Assembly (NCBI RefSeq): GCF_009914755.1
Contig: NC_060930.1
Length of the DNA stretch: 64,000 nt
Reading direction: 5' to 3' (one strand)
Source: the human T2T-CHM13v2.0 reference genome, Homo sapiens
The notes under the pieces were generated by a model. The model saw nothing but the letters and a program-made list of their open reading frames with translations. It was not told where the DNA came from and ran no database searches. Shown one piece after another: positions 16,334 through 30,852 of this stretch. Made by a program: the position numbers and the translations under genes. Position 1 is the stretch's first letter. Each line of letters starts with the position of its first letter.

Positions 16334-16667
16334 CAGTCATCCCTCGGTATCCACAGGGGATTGGTCCCAGGGCCCTAGTGGGTACCAAAACCTGAGATGT
16401 TGAAGTCCCTGATATAAAATGGCGTAGAATTTGTATATAACCTAGGCACATCCTCCTGTATACACTAAATCATCTCCAGATTACTTATAATACCTAAGGC
16501 AATGTAAATGCTATGTAAGTAGTTGTTATGCTATATTAAAATTGTTGTATTATTTTTTATTATTGGTACACTTGGGTTTTATTTATCTATTTATTTATTT
16601 TTAAATGTTCTCCATCTGTAGTTGTTAAATCTGCAGATGTGGAACCCATGGGAACAGAGGCTGACTG
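16334..16667. mobile_element. MER2 (Tigger-family MITE)
   Basis: TIRs cagtc...gactg with TA flanks, cagtcatccctcggtatccacaggggattgg. Confidence 0.85.
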
Positions 16668-17035
16668 TAATTTCTTCAAAGTAGCAACAAGGCAGAACCA
16701 TAGGAGCCATCCTAATGGGGATGAGGTGGTATCTCATTTTAGTTTTAATTTGCATATCTCTAATGACTTATGAGGTTAAGCCTCTTTTCAAGTGCTTATT
16801 GGTCATTTGTATATATTCTTTGAAAAAATGTCTGCTCAAGTCCTTTGCCCATTTTTGAATTGTTTTTGTTGTTTTGGTTTTTGCTAACTTAATCACCAGT
16901 GTGATTGGTTGTTTTTGTTGTTGACTTTTAGGAATTCTCTATGTATTCTGGATATTAATCCCTTATCAGCCATATGGTTTATAAATATTCTTTTCTTTCC
17001 TATTCCATGGGTTGCCTTTTTCCTCTGTTGATATT

Positions 17036-17245
17036 CTTTTTTGTGTGTGTTTTTTGTTTGTTTGAGACAGGGTCTCTGTTGCCCAGGCTGGAGTGCAGTG
17101 GCACAATCATAGCTCACTGCAGCTTCAACCTGCCAGGCTCAAGTGATCCTCCCACCTCAGCCTCCCAAGTACCCAGGACTATACGCATGTGCCAACATGC
17201 CCAGATAATTTTTAAATTTTTCGTAGAGATGAGTTCTCACTATGC
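17036..17245 (-). mobile_element. 5'-truncated AluJ
   Basis: Right monomer plus part of the left, TSD tgatattct. Confidence 0.88.
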
Positions 17246-19013
17246 TGATATTCTCTTGATTCATAAATTTTTAAAATTTTAGTGAAGTCCAATTTGTCTG
17301 TTTTTCTTTGGTTGCCTCTGGTGACCAAGGAATCCAAGAAATTGGATTAATCCTTGCCTAATCCAGGGTCAGAGAGGTTTACTCCTATGTTTTTGTCTAA
17401 GCTAAGGCTAGCTTTAGATCTTACGTTTTAGTTCTTTGATCCATTTTGAGTTAATTTTTAATATATGGTGTTAGGTAAGAGTCCAGCTTCATTCTTTTGA
17501 ATGTAGATGTCCAGTTTCCCCATTCAACCAATGGTCTTGCACCCTTGTCAAAAATCATTTGACCATGTATACAAGGGTTTATTTCTGGACTCTATTCTAT
17601 TTCATTGGTTTATATGTCTGTCTTTATGCCAGTATTATATTTCCTTGATTACTATAGCTTTTAGTAAGTTTTGACATCAGGAACTGTGAGTCCTCCAAGG
17701 TACAGCCAAGATTGTTTTGGCTATTTGGGATCCCTTGAGATTCCATGTGAATTTTAGGTTGGGCTTTTTTATTTCTGCAAGAAACATCATTGAGATTTTA
17801 ACCGTGATTGCACTGAATCTGCAGATTGCTTTGGTTAGTATGGACATCTTAACAATAGTAAGTTTTCAAATCCATGAACATGGAATATATTTCTGTTTAT
17901 TTATGTCCTCTTTAATTTCTTTCAGCAATGTTTTGTAGTTTTCATTGTACAAATCTTTCACCTCATTGCTTAAGTTCATTCCTAAGTGTTCTTTTTGATG
18001 TTATTGTAAATGTAGTTGTCTTCATAATTTTTTTTGATTGTTCATTGTCAGTATATAGAAACACAACTAATTTTCCTGTGTTGACTTTCTGTTCTACTTT
18101 GCTGAATTAATTTATTGCTTCTAATAAGTTTTTTGGTGATATCTTTAGGATTTTCTGCTTATAAGATCATAGCATCTGTGAACAGAGATAATTTTACTTC
18201 CTCCTTTCCAATTTGGATGCCTTTTAATTTTTTTCTTCCTAATTGCTCTCGTTGGAACTTCTAGTACTTCATTAAATAGAAGTGGTGAAAATTAGCACAC
18301 TTGCATTGTTCTTGATCTCAGAGGGAAAGTTTTCAGTCTTTCAGCATTGAGTATGGTGATCTCTGTGGGTTTTACATGTATGGTTTTTATTATGTTGAGG
18401 TAGTTTCCTTCTATTCTTAGTTTGTTGAGTGTTTTTATCATGAAAGGGTGTTGAATTTTCTCAAATGGTTTTTTTTGCATCAATTGAGATGATGATGTAA
18501 TTTTTGTCCTTTATTCTGTAAATGTAGTGTACATTGATCGATTTTCATGTGTTGAACCATCCCTGTATCCCAGGAACAAATCTCACATGGTCATGGTGTA
18601 TAATCCTTTTAACATGCTACTGAACTTGATTTGTTAGTATTTTATTGAGGATTTTTGCATTAATGTTCATAAGGGATGTAGTTTTCTTATAGCATCTTTG
18701 AAGTCAGGGTATCCTTCACCTTATGGAATGAATTAGGAATGTTCCTACTTCTTCAACACATTTGGGAAAAGTCTGAGAAGGGTTGGTGTTAGTTTTTCTT
18801 TAAATGTTTGGTGGAATTCGCCAGTGAAGCCCTCAGGTCCGGAGCATTTTAATGTCATGAGATTTTTTATTATTAATTCTATCTCCTTACTAGTTATCAG
18901 TCTATTCAAATATTCTATTCGTTCATGATTTACTCTAGGTAGGTGTTGTGTTTTTTAGGAATTCATCCATTTCATCTAGGTTCTCCAATTTTTTGGTATA
19001 TATTTTTTCATAA

Positions 19014-19423
<410 letters not shown>

Positions 19424-21939
19424 CCTCTTTTTTTTTTTTTATTAGTCTATCAAGCTAATGGTTTTCTTTTCATTTTAAGTTCAGGGGTACATGTGCAGGA
19501 TGTGCAGGTTTATTACATAGGTAAGCATGTGCTACGGTGATTTGCTGCCAGATCATCCTAGGTATTAAGCTGAGCATCCATGAGCTATTCTTCCTCATGC
19601 TCTCCCTCCTTCCCCCCATTCTCCAGCAGGCCCCATTGTGTGTTGTTCTCCACTATGTGTCCATGTTTTCTCATCATCCAGCTCCCACTTATAAGTGAGA
19701 ACATGTGGGATTTGGTTTTCTGTTCCTGCATTAGTTTGTGGAAGATAATGGCCTCCAGCTCCATCCACGTCCCTGCAAAGGACACCATCTCATTCCTTTT
19801 TATGGCTGTATGGTATTCCATGGTGTATATGTACCACATTTTCTTTATCCAGTCTATCACTGATGGACATTTAGGTTGATTCCATGTCTTTGCTATTGTG
19901 AATAGTGCTGCAATGAAAATACATGTGCATGTATCTTTATAATAGAATAATTTATATTCCTTTGGGTATATACCCAGTAATGGGATTGCTGGGTCAAATG
20001 GTATTTCTGCCTCTAGATCTTTGAGGAATCACCACACTGTCTTCCACAATGGTTAAACTAATTTATAGTTCCACCAACAGTGTACAGTGTTCCTTTTTCT
20101 CCACAACCTTGCCAGCATCTGTTATTTTTTAACTTTTTAATAATAGCTATTCTGATTGGTGTAAGATGGTATCTCATTGTGGTTTTGATTTGCATTTCTC
20201 TAATGTTCAGTGATGTTGAGCTCTTTTCATATGTTTGTTGGCTGCATGTATGTCTTCTTTTGAGAAGTGTCTGTTCATGTCCTTTGCCTACATTTTAATG
20301 AAGTTGTTTTTATCTTTTAAATTTGTATAAGTTCCTTGTAGATGCTACATATTAGACCTTTGTCAGATGGATAGATTGCAAACATTTTCTCCCATTCTGT
20401 AAATTGTGTGTTCACTCTATTGGTAGTTTCTTTTGCTGTACAGAAGTTCTTTAGTTTAACTAGATCCCATTTGTCAATTTTTGCATTTGTTGCAATTGCT
20501 TTTGGTGTCTTCATCATGAAATCTTTGCCCATGCCTATGTTCTGAATGGTATTGCCTAGATTTTCTTCTATGGTTTTTCTAGTTTTTGGGCTTTACATTT
20601 AAGTCCTTAATCCATCTTGAGTTGATTTTTGCAGATGGTGTAAGGAAGGGATCCAGTTTCAATTCTCTGCATATGGCTGGCCAGTTATCCCAGCACCATT
20701 TATTAAATAAAGAATTCTTTCCCCATTGCTTGTTTTTGTCAGGTTTGTTGAAGATCAGATGGTTTTAGGTGTGCAATCTTATTTCTGGGTTCTCTATTCT
20801 GTTCCATTGGTCTCTGAGTCTTTTTGTACTAGTGTAATGCTGTTTTGGTTACTGTAGCCTTGTAGTGTAGTTTGAAGTTGGGTAGCGTGATGGCTCCAGC
20901 TTTGTTCTTTTTGCTTAGGATTGTCTTGACTATTTGGGCTCTGTTTTGATTTCATATGAATTTTAAAATAGTTTTTTTCTAATTCTGTGAAGAATGTCAA
21001 TGGTAGTTTAATGGAAATTGCATTGAATCTGTAAATTGCTTTGAGCAGTATGTCAATTTTCATGATATTGATTCTTCCTATTCATGAGCATGGTATATTT
21101 TTCCATTTGTTTGTGTCATCTCTGATTTCTTTGAGCAGTGGTTTATAGTTCTCTTTGAAGAGATTCTTCACTTTCCTTGTTAGCTGTATTCCTGGGCATT
21201 TTATTCTTTCTGTGACAATTGTGAATGGAGGTTCACTCATGATTTGGCTCTCAGCTTGCCTGTTGTTTGTGTATAGGAATGCTAGCAATTTTTGCACATT
21301 GATTTTGTATTTTGAGACTTTGCTGAAGTTGCTTACCAACTTAAGAAGCTTTTGGCCTGAGACAATGGGGTTTTCTAGATATAGGATCCTGTCATCTGCA
21401 AACAAAGATAGTTTGACTTCCTCTCTTCCTGTTGGAATCTTCTTTCTTTCTTTGTTTTGCCTGATTGCCCTGGACAGAACTTCCAGTACTATGTTCAATA
21501 GGAGTGGTGAGAGAGGGCCTCTTTGTCTTGTGCCAGTTTTCAAGGGGAAATCTTCCAGCTTTTGCCGAATCAGTATGATATTGGCTGTGGGTTTGTCATA
21601 TGTGACACTTATTATTTTGAAGTGTGTTCCTTTAATACCTAGTTTATTGAGCGTTTTTAACATAAAGGGATGTTGAAATTTATTGAAGGTCCTTTCTGTA
21701 TCCATTAAGAAATTCATATCTTTAGATCTGTTTATGTAATGTATCACATTTATTGATTTGTGTACATTGAACCAACCTTGCATCTCAGGGATGAAGCCTA
21801 CTGAATTGTAGTGGATAAGCTTTTTGATGTGCTGCTGGATTTGGTTTGCCAGTATTTTGTTGAGGATTTTTGCATTGATGTTCATCAAGGGTATTGGCCT
21901 GAAGTTTTTGTTGTTGGTTGTGTATCTCTGACAGGTTTT

Positions 21940-22096
<157 letters not shown>

Positions 22097-23423
22097 TTAG
22101 GGAAGATTCCCCCTCCTTTTCAATTTTTTGGAATAGTTTCAGTAGAAATAGTACCAGCTCTTCTTTGTACCTTTAGTAGAATTCATCTGTGAATCTCTCT
22201 GGTCCTGGGCTTTTTTTTTTTTTTTTTCCCGGCTGGTAGGCTATTTATTTCTGCCTCAATTTCAGAACTTGTTATTGGTCTATTCAGGCATTCTGTTTCT
22301 TCCCTGTTCAGTCTTGGGAGGATGTATGTGTCCAGGAATTTATCCATTTCTTCTAGAATTTCTAGTGTATGTGCATAGGGTTGTTTATAGTATTCTCTGA
22401 TGGTTGTTTGTATCTCTGTGGGGTCAGTGGTGATATCCCCCTTATCATTTCCGATTGTGTTTATATAAATCTTCTCTCTTTTCTTCTTTACTAGTCTAGC
22501 TAGCAGTCTATCTGTCTTATTAATCTTAAAAAAGCAGTTATTGGATTCATTGATTTTTTGAAGGGTTTTGTTTTGTTTGTTTTTACCTTCTTCAGTTTAG
22601 CTCTGATCTTGATTATTTCTTGTCTTCTACTAGCTTTGGGTTTATTTGCTCTTGGTTCTGTAGCTCTTTTAGTAGTTAAGTTGTCAATTTGAGCTCTTTC
22701 TAGCTTTTCGATGTGGGCATTTAGTGCTGTAAATTTTCCTCTTAACACTGCTTTAGCTGCATCCCAGAGATTCTGGTACACTGTATCTTTGTTCTCATTA
22801 ATTTCAAAGAACTTGATTTCGGCCTTGATTTCATTATTTGCCCACAAGTCATTCAGGAGCAGGTTCCATGTAGTGTTCAGTTTCCATGTAGTGATGTGGT
22901 TTTGAATGAATTTCTTAATCTTGAGTTGTTCAGTTTCCATGTGATGTGTGTTTTTGAGTGAATTTCTTACTCTTGAGTTCTAATTTGATTGTGCTGTGGT
23001 CTGACAGACTGGTTGTTATGATTTCAGCTCTTTTGCTTTTGTTGAGGAGTGTTTTACTTCTGATTATGTGATCAATTTTAGAGTTAAGTGCCATGTGGCA
23101 ATGAGAAGAATGTATATTCTGTTGTTTTGGGGTGGAGAGTTCTTTAGATATCTATCAGGCCCACTTGATCCAGAGCTGAGTTCAAGTCCCGAATATCTTT
23201 GTTAATTTTCTGTCTTGATGATCTGTCTAATAGTGTTGGTGTGGTGTTAAAGTCTCCCACTATTACTATTTGCAAGTCTAAGTCTCTGAAAGCCTCTAAG
23301 AACTTGCTTTATGAATCTACATGCTCCTGTATTGGGTGCATATATATTTAGGATAGTAAGCTCTTCTTGTTGAATTGAACCCTTTACCTTTATGTAATGC
23401 CCTTCTTTTGTCTTTTTTGATCT

Positions 23424-23731
23424 TTTTTAGTTTATTTGTTTGTTTATTTTTGAGATGGAGTCTTGCTCTGTCTCCCAGGCTGGAGTGCAGTGGCACGATC
23501 TTGGCTCATTGCAACCTCCACCTCCTGGTTCAAGTGATTCTCCTGCCTCAGCTTCCCGAGTAGCTGAGATTACAGGCACCCACCACCATGCCCAGCTGGT
23601 TTTTGTACTTTTTGTGGAGATGGGGTTTAACCATGTTGGCCAGGGTAGTCTCAAACTCCTAATCTCAGGTTATTCACCTGCCTCGGCCTCCCAAAGTGCT
23701 AGGATTACAGGCATGAGCCACTGCGCCCAGC
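23424..23731 (-). mobile_element. AluS
   Basis: Antisense dimer inside the L1. Confidence 0.93.
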
Positions 23732-26700
23732 CCTTTGTTGGTTTAAAGCCTGTTTTGTCAGAAACTAGGATTGCAACCCCTGCTTTTTTCAATATTTTCC
23801 ATTTGCTTGGTAAATTTTCCTTCATCCCTTTATTTTGAGCCTATGTATGTCTTTGCAAGTAAGATGGGTCTCTTGAAGACAGCATATTGATGGGTCCTGG
23901 TTCTTTATCCAGTTTGCTGCTCTATATCTTTTAATTGGGGCATTTAGCCCATTTAAATTTAAGGTTAGTATTGTTATGTGTGAATTAGATCCTGTCATCA
24001 TGATGCTAGTTAGTTATTTTGTAGACTTCTTTCTGTGTTTGCTTCATAGTGTCACTGGTCTGTGTATTTCAGTGTGTTTTTGTAATGGCTTTTCCTTTCC
24101 ATACTTAGTGCTTCCTTCAGGAGCTCTTGCAAGGCAGGTCTGGTGGTAACAAATTCCCTCATCATTTGCTTGTCTGAAAAGGATGTTGTTTCTCCTTTGC
24201 TTATGAAGCTTAGTTTGACTGGATATGAAATTCTGGGTTGGAAATTCTTTTCTTTAAGAATGTTGAATTTTGGCCCCCAGTCTCTTCTACCTTCTAGGGT
24301 TTCCACTGAGAGGTCTACTGTTAGTCTGATGGCTTGCCTTTGTAGGTGACCTGGCCTTTCTCTCTGGCTGCCCTTAACCATTTTTTCTTTCATTTCAATC
24401 TTGAAGAATCTGATTATTATGTGTCTTGGGGATGATCTTCTCAGGGAGTATTTTACTGGGGTTCTCCACATTTCCTGAATTTGAATATTGGCCTGTCATG
24501 CTAGGTTGGGGAAGTGCTGGATTATATCCTAAAGTGTGTTTTCCAACTTGGTTCCATTCTCTCTGTCTCTTTCAGGTACCCCAATCAGTTGTAGATTTGG
24601 TCTCTTTACATAATCCCATGTTTCTCAGAGGTTTTGTTCTTTTTTTTCATTCTTTTTTCTCTATTTTTGTCAGCCTGTCTTATTTCAGAAAGATAGTCTT
24701 CAAGCTCTGAGATTCTTTCTTCCACATAGTCTATTCTGCTATTAATATTTGTGATTGCATTGTGAAGTCCTGTACTGTGCTTTTCAGCTCTAACAGATTA
24801 GTTATGTTTCTCTTTAAACTGGCTATTTGGGCTCTCGGCTCCTGTATTGTTTTATCATGATTCTTAGCTTCTTTGCATTGGTTTACAACATGCTCTTTTA
24901 TCTCAGCGAAGTTTATTACCCACCTTCTGAAACCTACTTCTGTCATTTCAACCATCTCAGCCTCAGCCCAGTTCTCAGCCCTTGCTGGAGAGGTGTTGCA
25001 GTCATTTTAAGGAAAAGGGGCACTCTGGCTTTTTGAGTTTTCAGTGTTTTTGCATTGCTTCTTTCTCATCTTAGTGGGCTTATCTACCTTTGATTTTTTA
25101 CATTGCTGATTTTTGGATGGGTTTTGTTGTTGTTGTTTTCTATTTGTTTGTTTTTCTTTTAACAGCCTGGCAACTCATCCATAGGGCTGCTAAGGTTTGC
25201 TGGGGGTCCACTCTAAACCTTAGTTTTCTTGTTTATTTTCTGTACCTTGAGGTATCACCTGTGAAGGCTGTGAAATAGCAAAGATGGCAGCCAACTTTTT
25301 TCCTCTAGAAGCTCTATCCTGGGGTACTGACCTATTGCTGGCCCAAATTTGCCTGTAGGAGGTGGCTGAAGACTCCTGTTGGGGGGTCTTACCCAGTCAG
25401 GGTCAGGAACCCACTTAAAGAAGCAGTCTGGATGCTTTTGATAGAGCAGCTGTGCTGTATTGGAGATCCCTTCTGCCCCTGATCGGTTTGGGCTCTCCAA
25501 GGCCCACAGGCTGGACAAGCTGAGAAGCCAAATGGCCAAGTTGGCAGCCTGCCCCACCCTTCAGGCACTTTGTCCCAGGGACAACACAGGCCAGGGTGAC
25601 CAGAGGCCCCTGTGGGTGGGACCTGACTGGGAGTACCTGCCCCAGGATCCAAGGAGGAGTGGATCAGGGTCTTGCTTAAAGAAGCAGTCTGGCCATACCT
25701 CAACAAAACAGCTGTGCTGTGGTGATGAACTGCCTCTGCCCCTGTCAACTTGGTCTCTCCAAAGCCCACAGTCCAGAACAGCTAAGTCATCCAACCAACC
25801 CAGGTGACAGCCCTCCCCTCCTCTGGGCACTTCATCCCAGGGAGAGATCAGAGCTCTGTCCCTAATATGTGCAGGCAGGTGTGGCTGGAGTGTCCAGCTA
25901 GAAGGTTCTACCCAGTGAGGAAGAAGCAGTCTGGCTGTGATCTGGCAAAGCTGCTGTGTTGTACTTCTAGGGAAACCCTTCCTTGTCTGGACGGTTTCGA
26001 CTCTCCAGAGTCCACAGGCTGGAATAGCTGAATTGACCAAACAGCAGAGGTGTTGCCCACCACTCTCCCCTTGAGGCTCCATCCTGTCTCAGGCAGGCTC
26101 CGCCCTGTTGCTGATGGCTTACTGGAATTCCAAGACAGTGGGTCTTATCTTGTCAGGTGTGGTGGAAGTGGGGTCTACAGAATGATGCTGCTTGGCTCCC
26201 TGGATTCTGCCCCTTCCTAGGGATATATGCAGACCACCTACCTTGCCTGTGTTGCAGAAAGACTGGTGTATTTAAAGCTCCTGGGTTTCTGTGTGTGCCT
26301 GAGCAGTTGCTCTGCCAAGACTCTACCCAGTTCTATGTGACAGATCCAAGGCTCTGGTGGCATAGGCTCACAAGGGGATCTCCTGATCCACAGGTTGCAA
26401 AGATTCATGGGAGAAGCATGGTTTCCTGGGTCACATAGTCACTAATTGCTTCCCTTGGCTGGGGGTGGGTGTTTCCTTGGCTCCATGTCACTCCTGGTGG
26501 GCCATTGCGCCACCCTACTTTTCTTCATTCTCCGTGTATTGAGTTGTTTCCCTAATCAGTCCCAGTGTGAGAACCTGGATGTTTCAGTTGAAAGCTGTAT
26601 TCACTTGCCTGTTTTGTTCCTTTCTGTGAGTGCTGTGGACCACAGCTGCTTCTAATCGGCCATCTTGGCCCCTCTCCCAATGGTTTTTCAATTTATTGAT

Positions 26701-27763
26701 TCTTTTCAAAGAACCAACTTTTGGTTTTATTGATTTTTCTCTATTTTTCTATTCTTGATTTCATTTCTCTCCGTCTAACCTTTATTATCTACTTTCTTCC
26801 ACTAGCTTTTGATTTCATTTGTTCTTCTCGCATTCCTTAATTTGCAAAATTGGATTGTTGATTTGAGATCTTTTTTGTTTTTTTAATGTAAGCATTTATA
26901 GGTGTAAATTCCCCCTTAGCACTGCTGTTTCTAAGTCCCATAAGTTTCAGTGTGTTTTTTCTTGAGCTTCATTCATCTCCAAATATTTTCTAATTTCTCT
27001 TGTGATTTCTTCCTTGATAACATTGGTTGCTTAAGAGTGTGTTGTTTAATTTCCACAAATTTATGAATTTTATAGTTTTATTTCTGCTTTATCTCACCGT
27101 GGTTGGAGAAGACACTTCATATGATATATGTCTTTTTAAATTTACTGAGACTTAATTTGTGGCCTAACATGTGGTTCATTCTGGAAAATGTTGCATGTGC
27201 CCTTGAGAAACATATATTGCTGTTTTTGAGTAGAGTGTTCTGTATAAGTCTGTTAGATCTAGTTGGTTTATTGTATTAAATCTTCTATTTTCTTATGTAT
27301 CTTTATCTGGTTGGTGTTGAGAGTGGAGTATTGAAGTCTCCAACTATTGTTGTAGAACTGTCTATTTCTCCCTTTAGTTCTGTTGATTTTTGCTTCATAT
27401 ATTTTGATGGTCTGTCAGTAGGTTCCTCTTTGTGTCTTGTAATCTTTTTTGACTTAAAGTTTATTTTGTCTAATATTAGTGTGGCCACTAATATTAGTGG
27501 CCTCTGCTCTCTCTGGTTATTATTTGCATGCTATATCTTTTTCCATCCTTTCAATTTCAATCTATTTTTGTCTTTGGATCTAAAATGAGTATCTTATAGG
27601 CAGCATGTAGTTTTATTCATTCTGCCAATCTCTGTCTATTGATTAGACAGTTTAATCGATTTACATTTCAAGTAATTACTGATAAGGAGAGACATTTGTC
27701 ATTCTGGTATATGTTTTCTATATGCCTTACAGCTTTTTTGTTCCTCGTTTCCTGCATCACTGT

Positions 27764-30031
27764 TGATATGATTTGGCTGTGTCCTCACCCAAATTTCATC
27801 TTGAATTCCCACGTGTTGTGGGAGGGACCCAGTGGGAAGTAATTGAATCATGGGGGCAAGTCTTCCCTGTGCTATTCTTATGACAATGAGTAAGTCTCAC
27901 GAGATCTGATGGTTTTAAAAAGAGGAGTTCCCCTGCACAATCTCTGTGGTCTCTTTGCTGCCATGTGAGATATGCCTTTCACCTTCCACCATGATTGTGT
28001 GGCCTTCCCAGCCATGTGGAACTGTAAGTCCAATAAACTTCTTTCTTTTGTAAATTGCCCAGCCTTGGGTATGTCTTTTTCGGCAGCATGAAAACAGACG
28101 AATACAGTAAATTGGTACCAGTAGAGTGGGGCGCTGCTGAAAAGATATCTGAAAATGTGGAAGTGACTTTGGAACAGGGTAACAGGCAGAGGTTGGAACA
28201 GTTTGGAGGCCTCAGAAAAAGGCAGGAAAATGTGAGAAAGTTTGGAACTTCCTAGAGACTTGTTGAATGGCTTTGACCAAAATGTTGATAGTGATACGGA
28301 CAATGAAATCCAGGCTGAAGTGGTCTCAGATGGAGATGAGGAACTTGTTGGGAACTGGATCAAAGGTTCCTCTTGTTATGTTTTAGCAAAGAGACTGGTG
28401 GCATTTTGCCCCTGCCATAGAGATGTGTGGAACTTTGGACTTCAGGGAGATGACTTAGGGTATCTGGCAGAATAAATTTCTAAGCAGCAAAGCATTCAAT
28501 ATGTGACTTGGGTGCTGTTAAAGGCATTCAGTTTTAAAAGGGAAACTGAGCATAAAAGTTTGGAAAAGTTGCAGCCTGACAATGCAATAGAAAAGAAAAT
28601 CCCATTTTCTGGGGAGAAATTCAAACTGGCTGCAGAAATTTGTATAGGTAATGAGGAGCTGAATGTTAGTCCCCAAGACAATGAGGAAAATGTCTCCACA
28701 GCATGTCAGAGCCCTTTGTGGCAGCACCTCCCATCATAGGCCCGAGGTTTAAGGGGAAAAAATGGTTTTGTGGGCCAAGCCCAGCATCCATCTGATGTGT
28801 GCAGTCTAGGGACTTGGTGCCCTGTGTCCCAGCTGCTCCAGCCCTGACTAAAAGGGGCCAAGGTACAGCTCAGGCTGTTGCTTCAGAGGGTGGAAGCCCC
28901 AAGCCTTGGCAGCTTCCACGTGGTGTTGAGCCTGTGGGTGCACAGAAGTCAAGAACTGAGGTTTGGGAACCTCTGTCTAGATTTCAGAAGATGTATGGAA
29001 ACACCTGGATGCCCAAGCTGAAGTTTGCTGCAGGGGTGGGGCCCTCATGGAGAACCTCTGCTAGGGCAGTGTGGAAGGGAAATGTGGGGTCAGAGCCCCC
29101 ACACAGAGTCCCTACTGGGGCACCGTCTAGTGGAGCTGTGAGAAGAGGGCTGGCTGCCGTCCTCCAGACCCCACAATGGTAGATCCACTGACAGTGTGCA
29201 CTGTGCACCTGGAAAAGCCGCAGACACTCAACACCAGCCCACGAAAGCAGCCAGGAGGGGCTGTATCCTACAAAGCCCCAGGGGTGGAGCTACCCAAGGC
29301 TGTGGGAGTACACCTCTTGCATCAGAGTGACCTGGATGTGAGATATGGAGTCAAAGGAGATTATTTTGGAGCTTCAAGATTTGACTGCCCCACTGGGTTT
29401 CAGATTTGTGTGGGGCCTATAGCCCCTTTGTTTGGCCAATGTCTCCCATTTGGAATGGCTGTATTTACCCAGCACCTGTACCCCCATTGTATCTAGGAAG
29501 TAACTAATTTGCTTTTGATTTACAGGCTCATAGGTGGAAGGGTCTTGCCTTGTCTCAGATGAGACTTTGGATTGTGGACTTTTGCGTTAATGCTGAAATG
29601 AGTTAAGACTTTGGGGGACTGTTGGGAAGGCATGATTGGTTTTGAAATGTGAAGACATGAGATTTGGGAGGGGCCAGGGACAAAATGATATAGTTTGGCT
29701 CTGTCCCTACCCAAATATCATCTTGAATTCCCATGTGTTTTTGGAGGGACCCAGTGGGAGGTAACTGAATCATGGGGGCAAGTCTTTCCTGTGCTATTCT
29801 CGTGATAGTGAGTAAGTCTCATGAGATCTGACGACTTTAAAAAGAGGAGCTCCCCTGCACAAGCTCTCTGTTCTCTTGTCTGCTGCCATGTGAGACGTGC
29901 CTTTCACCTTCCACTGTGATTGTTAGGCCTTCCCAGCCACATGGAACTGTAAGTCCAATAAACCTCTTTCTTTTGTAAATTGCCCAGTCTTGGATATGTC
30001 TTTATCAGCAGCATGAAAACAGACTAATACT
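27764..30031 (+). mobile_element. Full-length THE1B MaLR (LTR 27764-28106, internal 28107-29685, LTR 29686-30031)
   Basis: Two homologous ~345-bp LTRs starting TGATAT, typical THE1 internal sequence, 5-bp TSD actgt/accgt. Confidence 0.92.
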
Positions 30032-30273
30032 ACCGTCTTCTTTTGTTTTTAGTTGATTTTTGAAACAAAACATTTATATTCCTTCCTCATTTCCTTTTGT
30101 ATGTATAACTATTTTCTTAGTAGTTACCATGGGGACTACATTTAACTTCCTAATGTTATCACATTCTCATTTGAATTTATTCCAGCTTATCTTCATAACA
30201 TACAATAACTGCTCCTTCAGCAATGTCTTTTCCACCCATTTTGTTATTGATGTCACAAAATTACATCTTTATA

Positions 30274-30473
30274 CAGGTTGAATGCTCCTAATCTAAAAAT
30301 CTGAAATCTAAAATGCTCCAACATCTGAAACTTTTTGAGCACTGACATGACATGCAATTGATTTTTGGATTAGTGATGTTCAACCAGTAAGTATAATGCA
30401 AATATTCCAAAATTTAAAAAAAAATCTGCAACACTTTGGTCCCAAGCATTTCAGATAAGGGATCCTTAATTTG
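30274..30473. mobile_element. MER46/Tigger4a-like MITE
   Basis: TA-caggttgaatgctcctaatc...cccaagcatttcagataaggga. Confidence 0.75.
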
Positions 30474-30852
30474 TGCTTTGTATAGTAAACTAATAATTCC
30501 TACATTTGGTCTCTTAAATTATGTATAAAACAAAACGTGGAGTTACAAACCAGTTACAGTACTAGTTTTTAGACTAATAATTGTTTTTTAAAATGTGTTA
30601 GTCTCTTCGATCATGTAGAAAACAAAAAAGTGGAGTTGCAAACCATTATTACAATAGTACTAGCTTTTATAATTGTCCATGCATTTACCTTTATTGAGAT
30701 TTTGATTTCTTCATACAGCTTCAAGTTTCTGTCTAGGATCCTCCCACTTCACCTTGCAGGACTCCCTTGAGTATTTCTTGCAGGGCAGGTCTCATGATAA
30801 TGAACTTCCTCAGCTTTTGTTTATCTGGGAATGTCTTAATTTCTTCTTTGCC

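Noticed and set aside
21082-21888. 268-aa reverse-transcriptase-like ORF
   Set aside because: A fragment of a broken L1 ORF2 with surrounding stops and frameshifts. Not a gene or an active element.
28242-29496. Cluster of 70-127 aa ORFs
   Set aside because: Decayed THE1 internal sequence.
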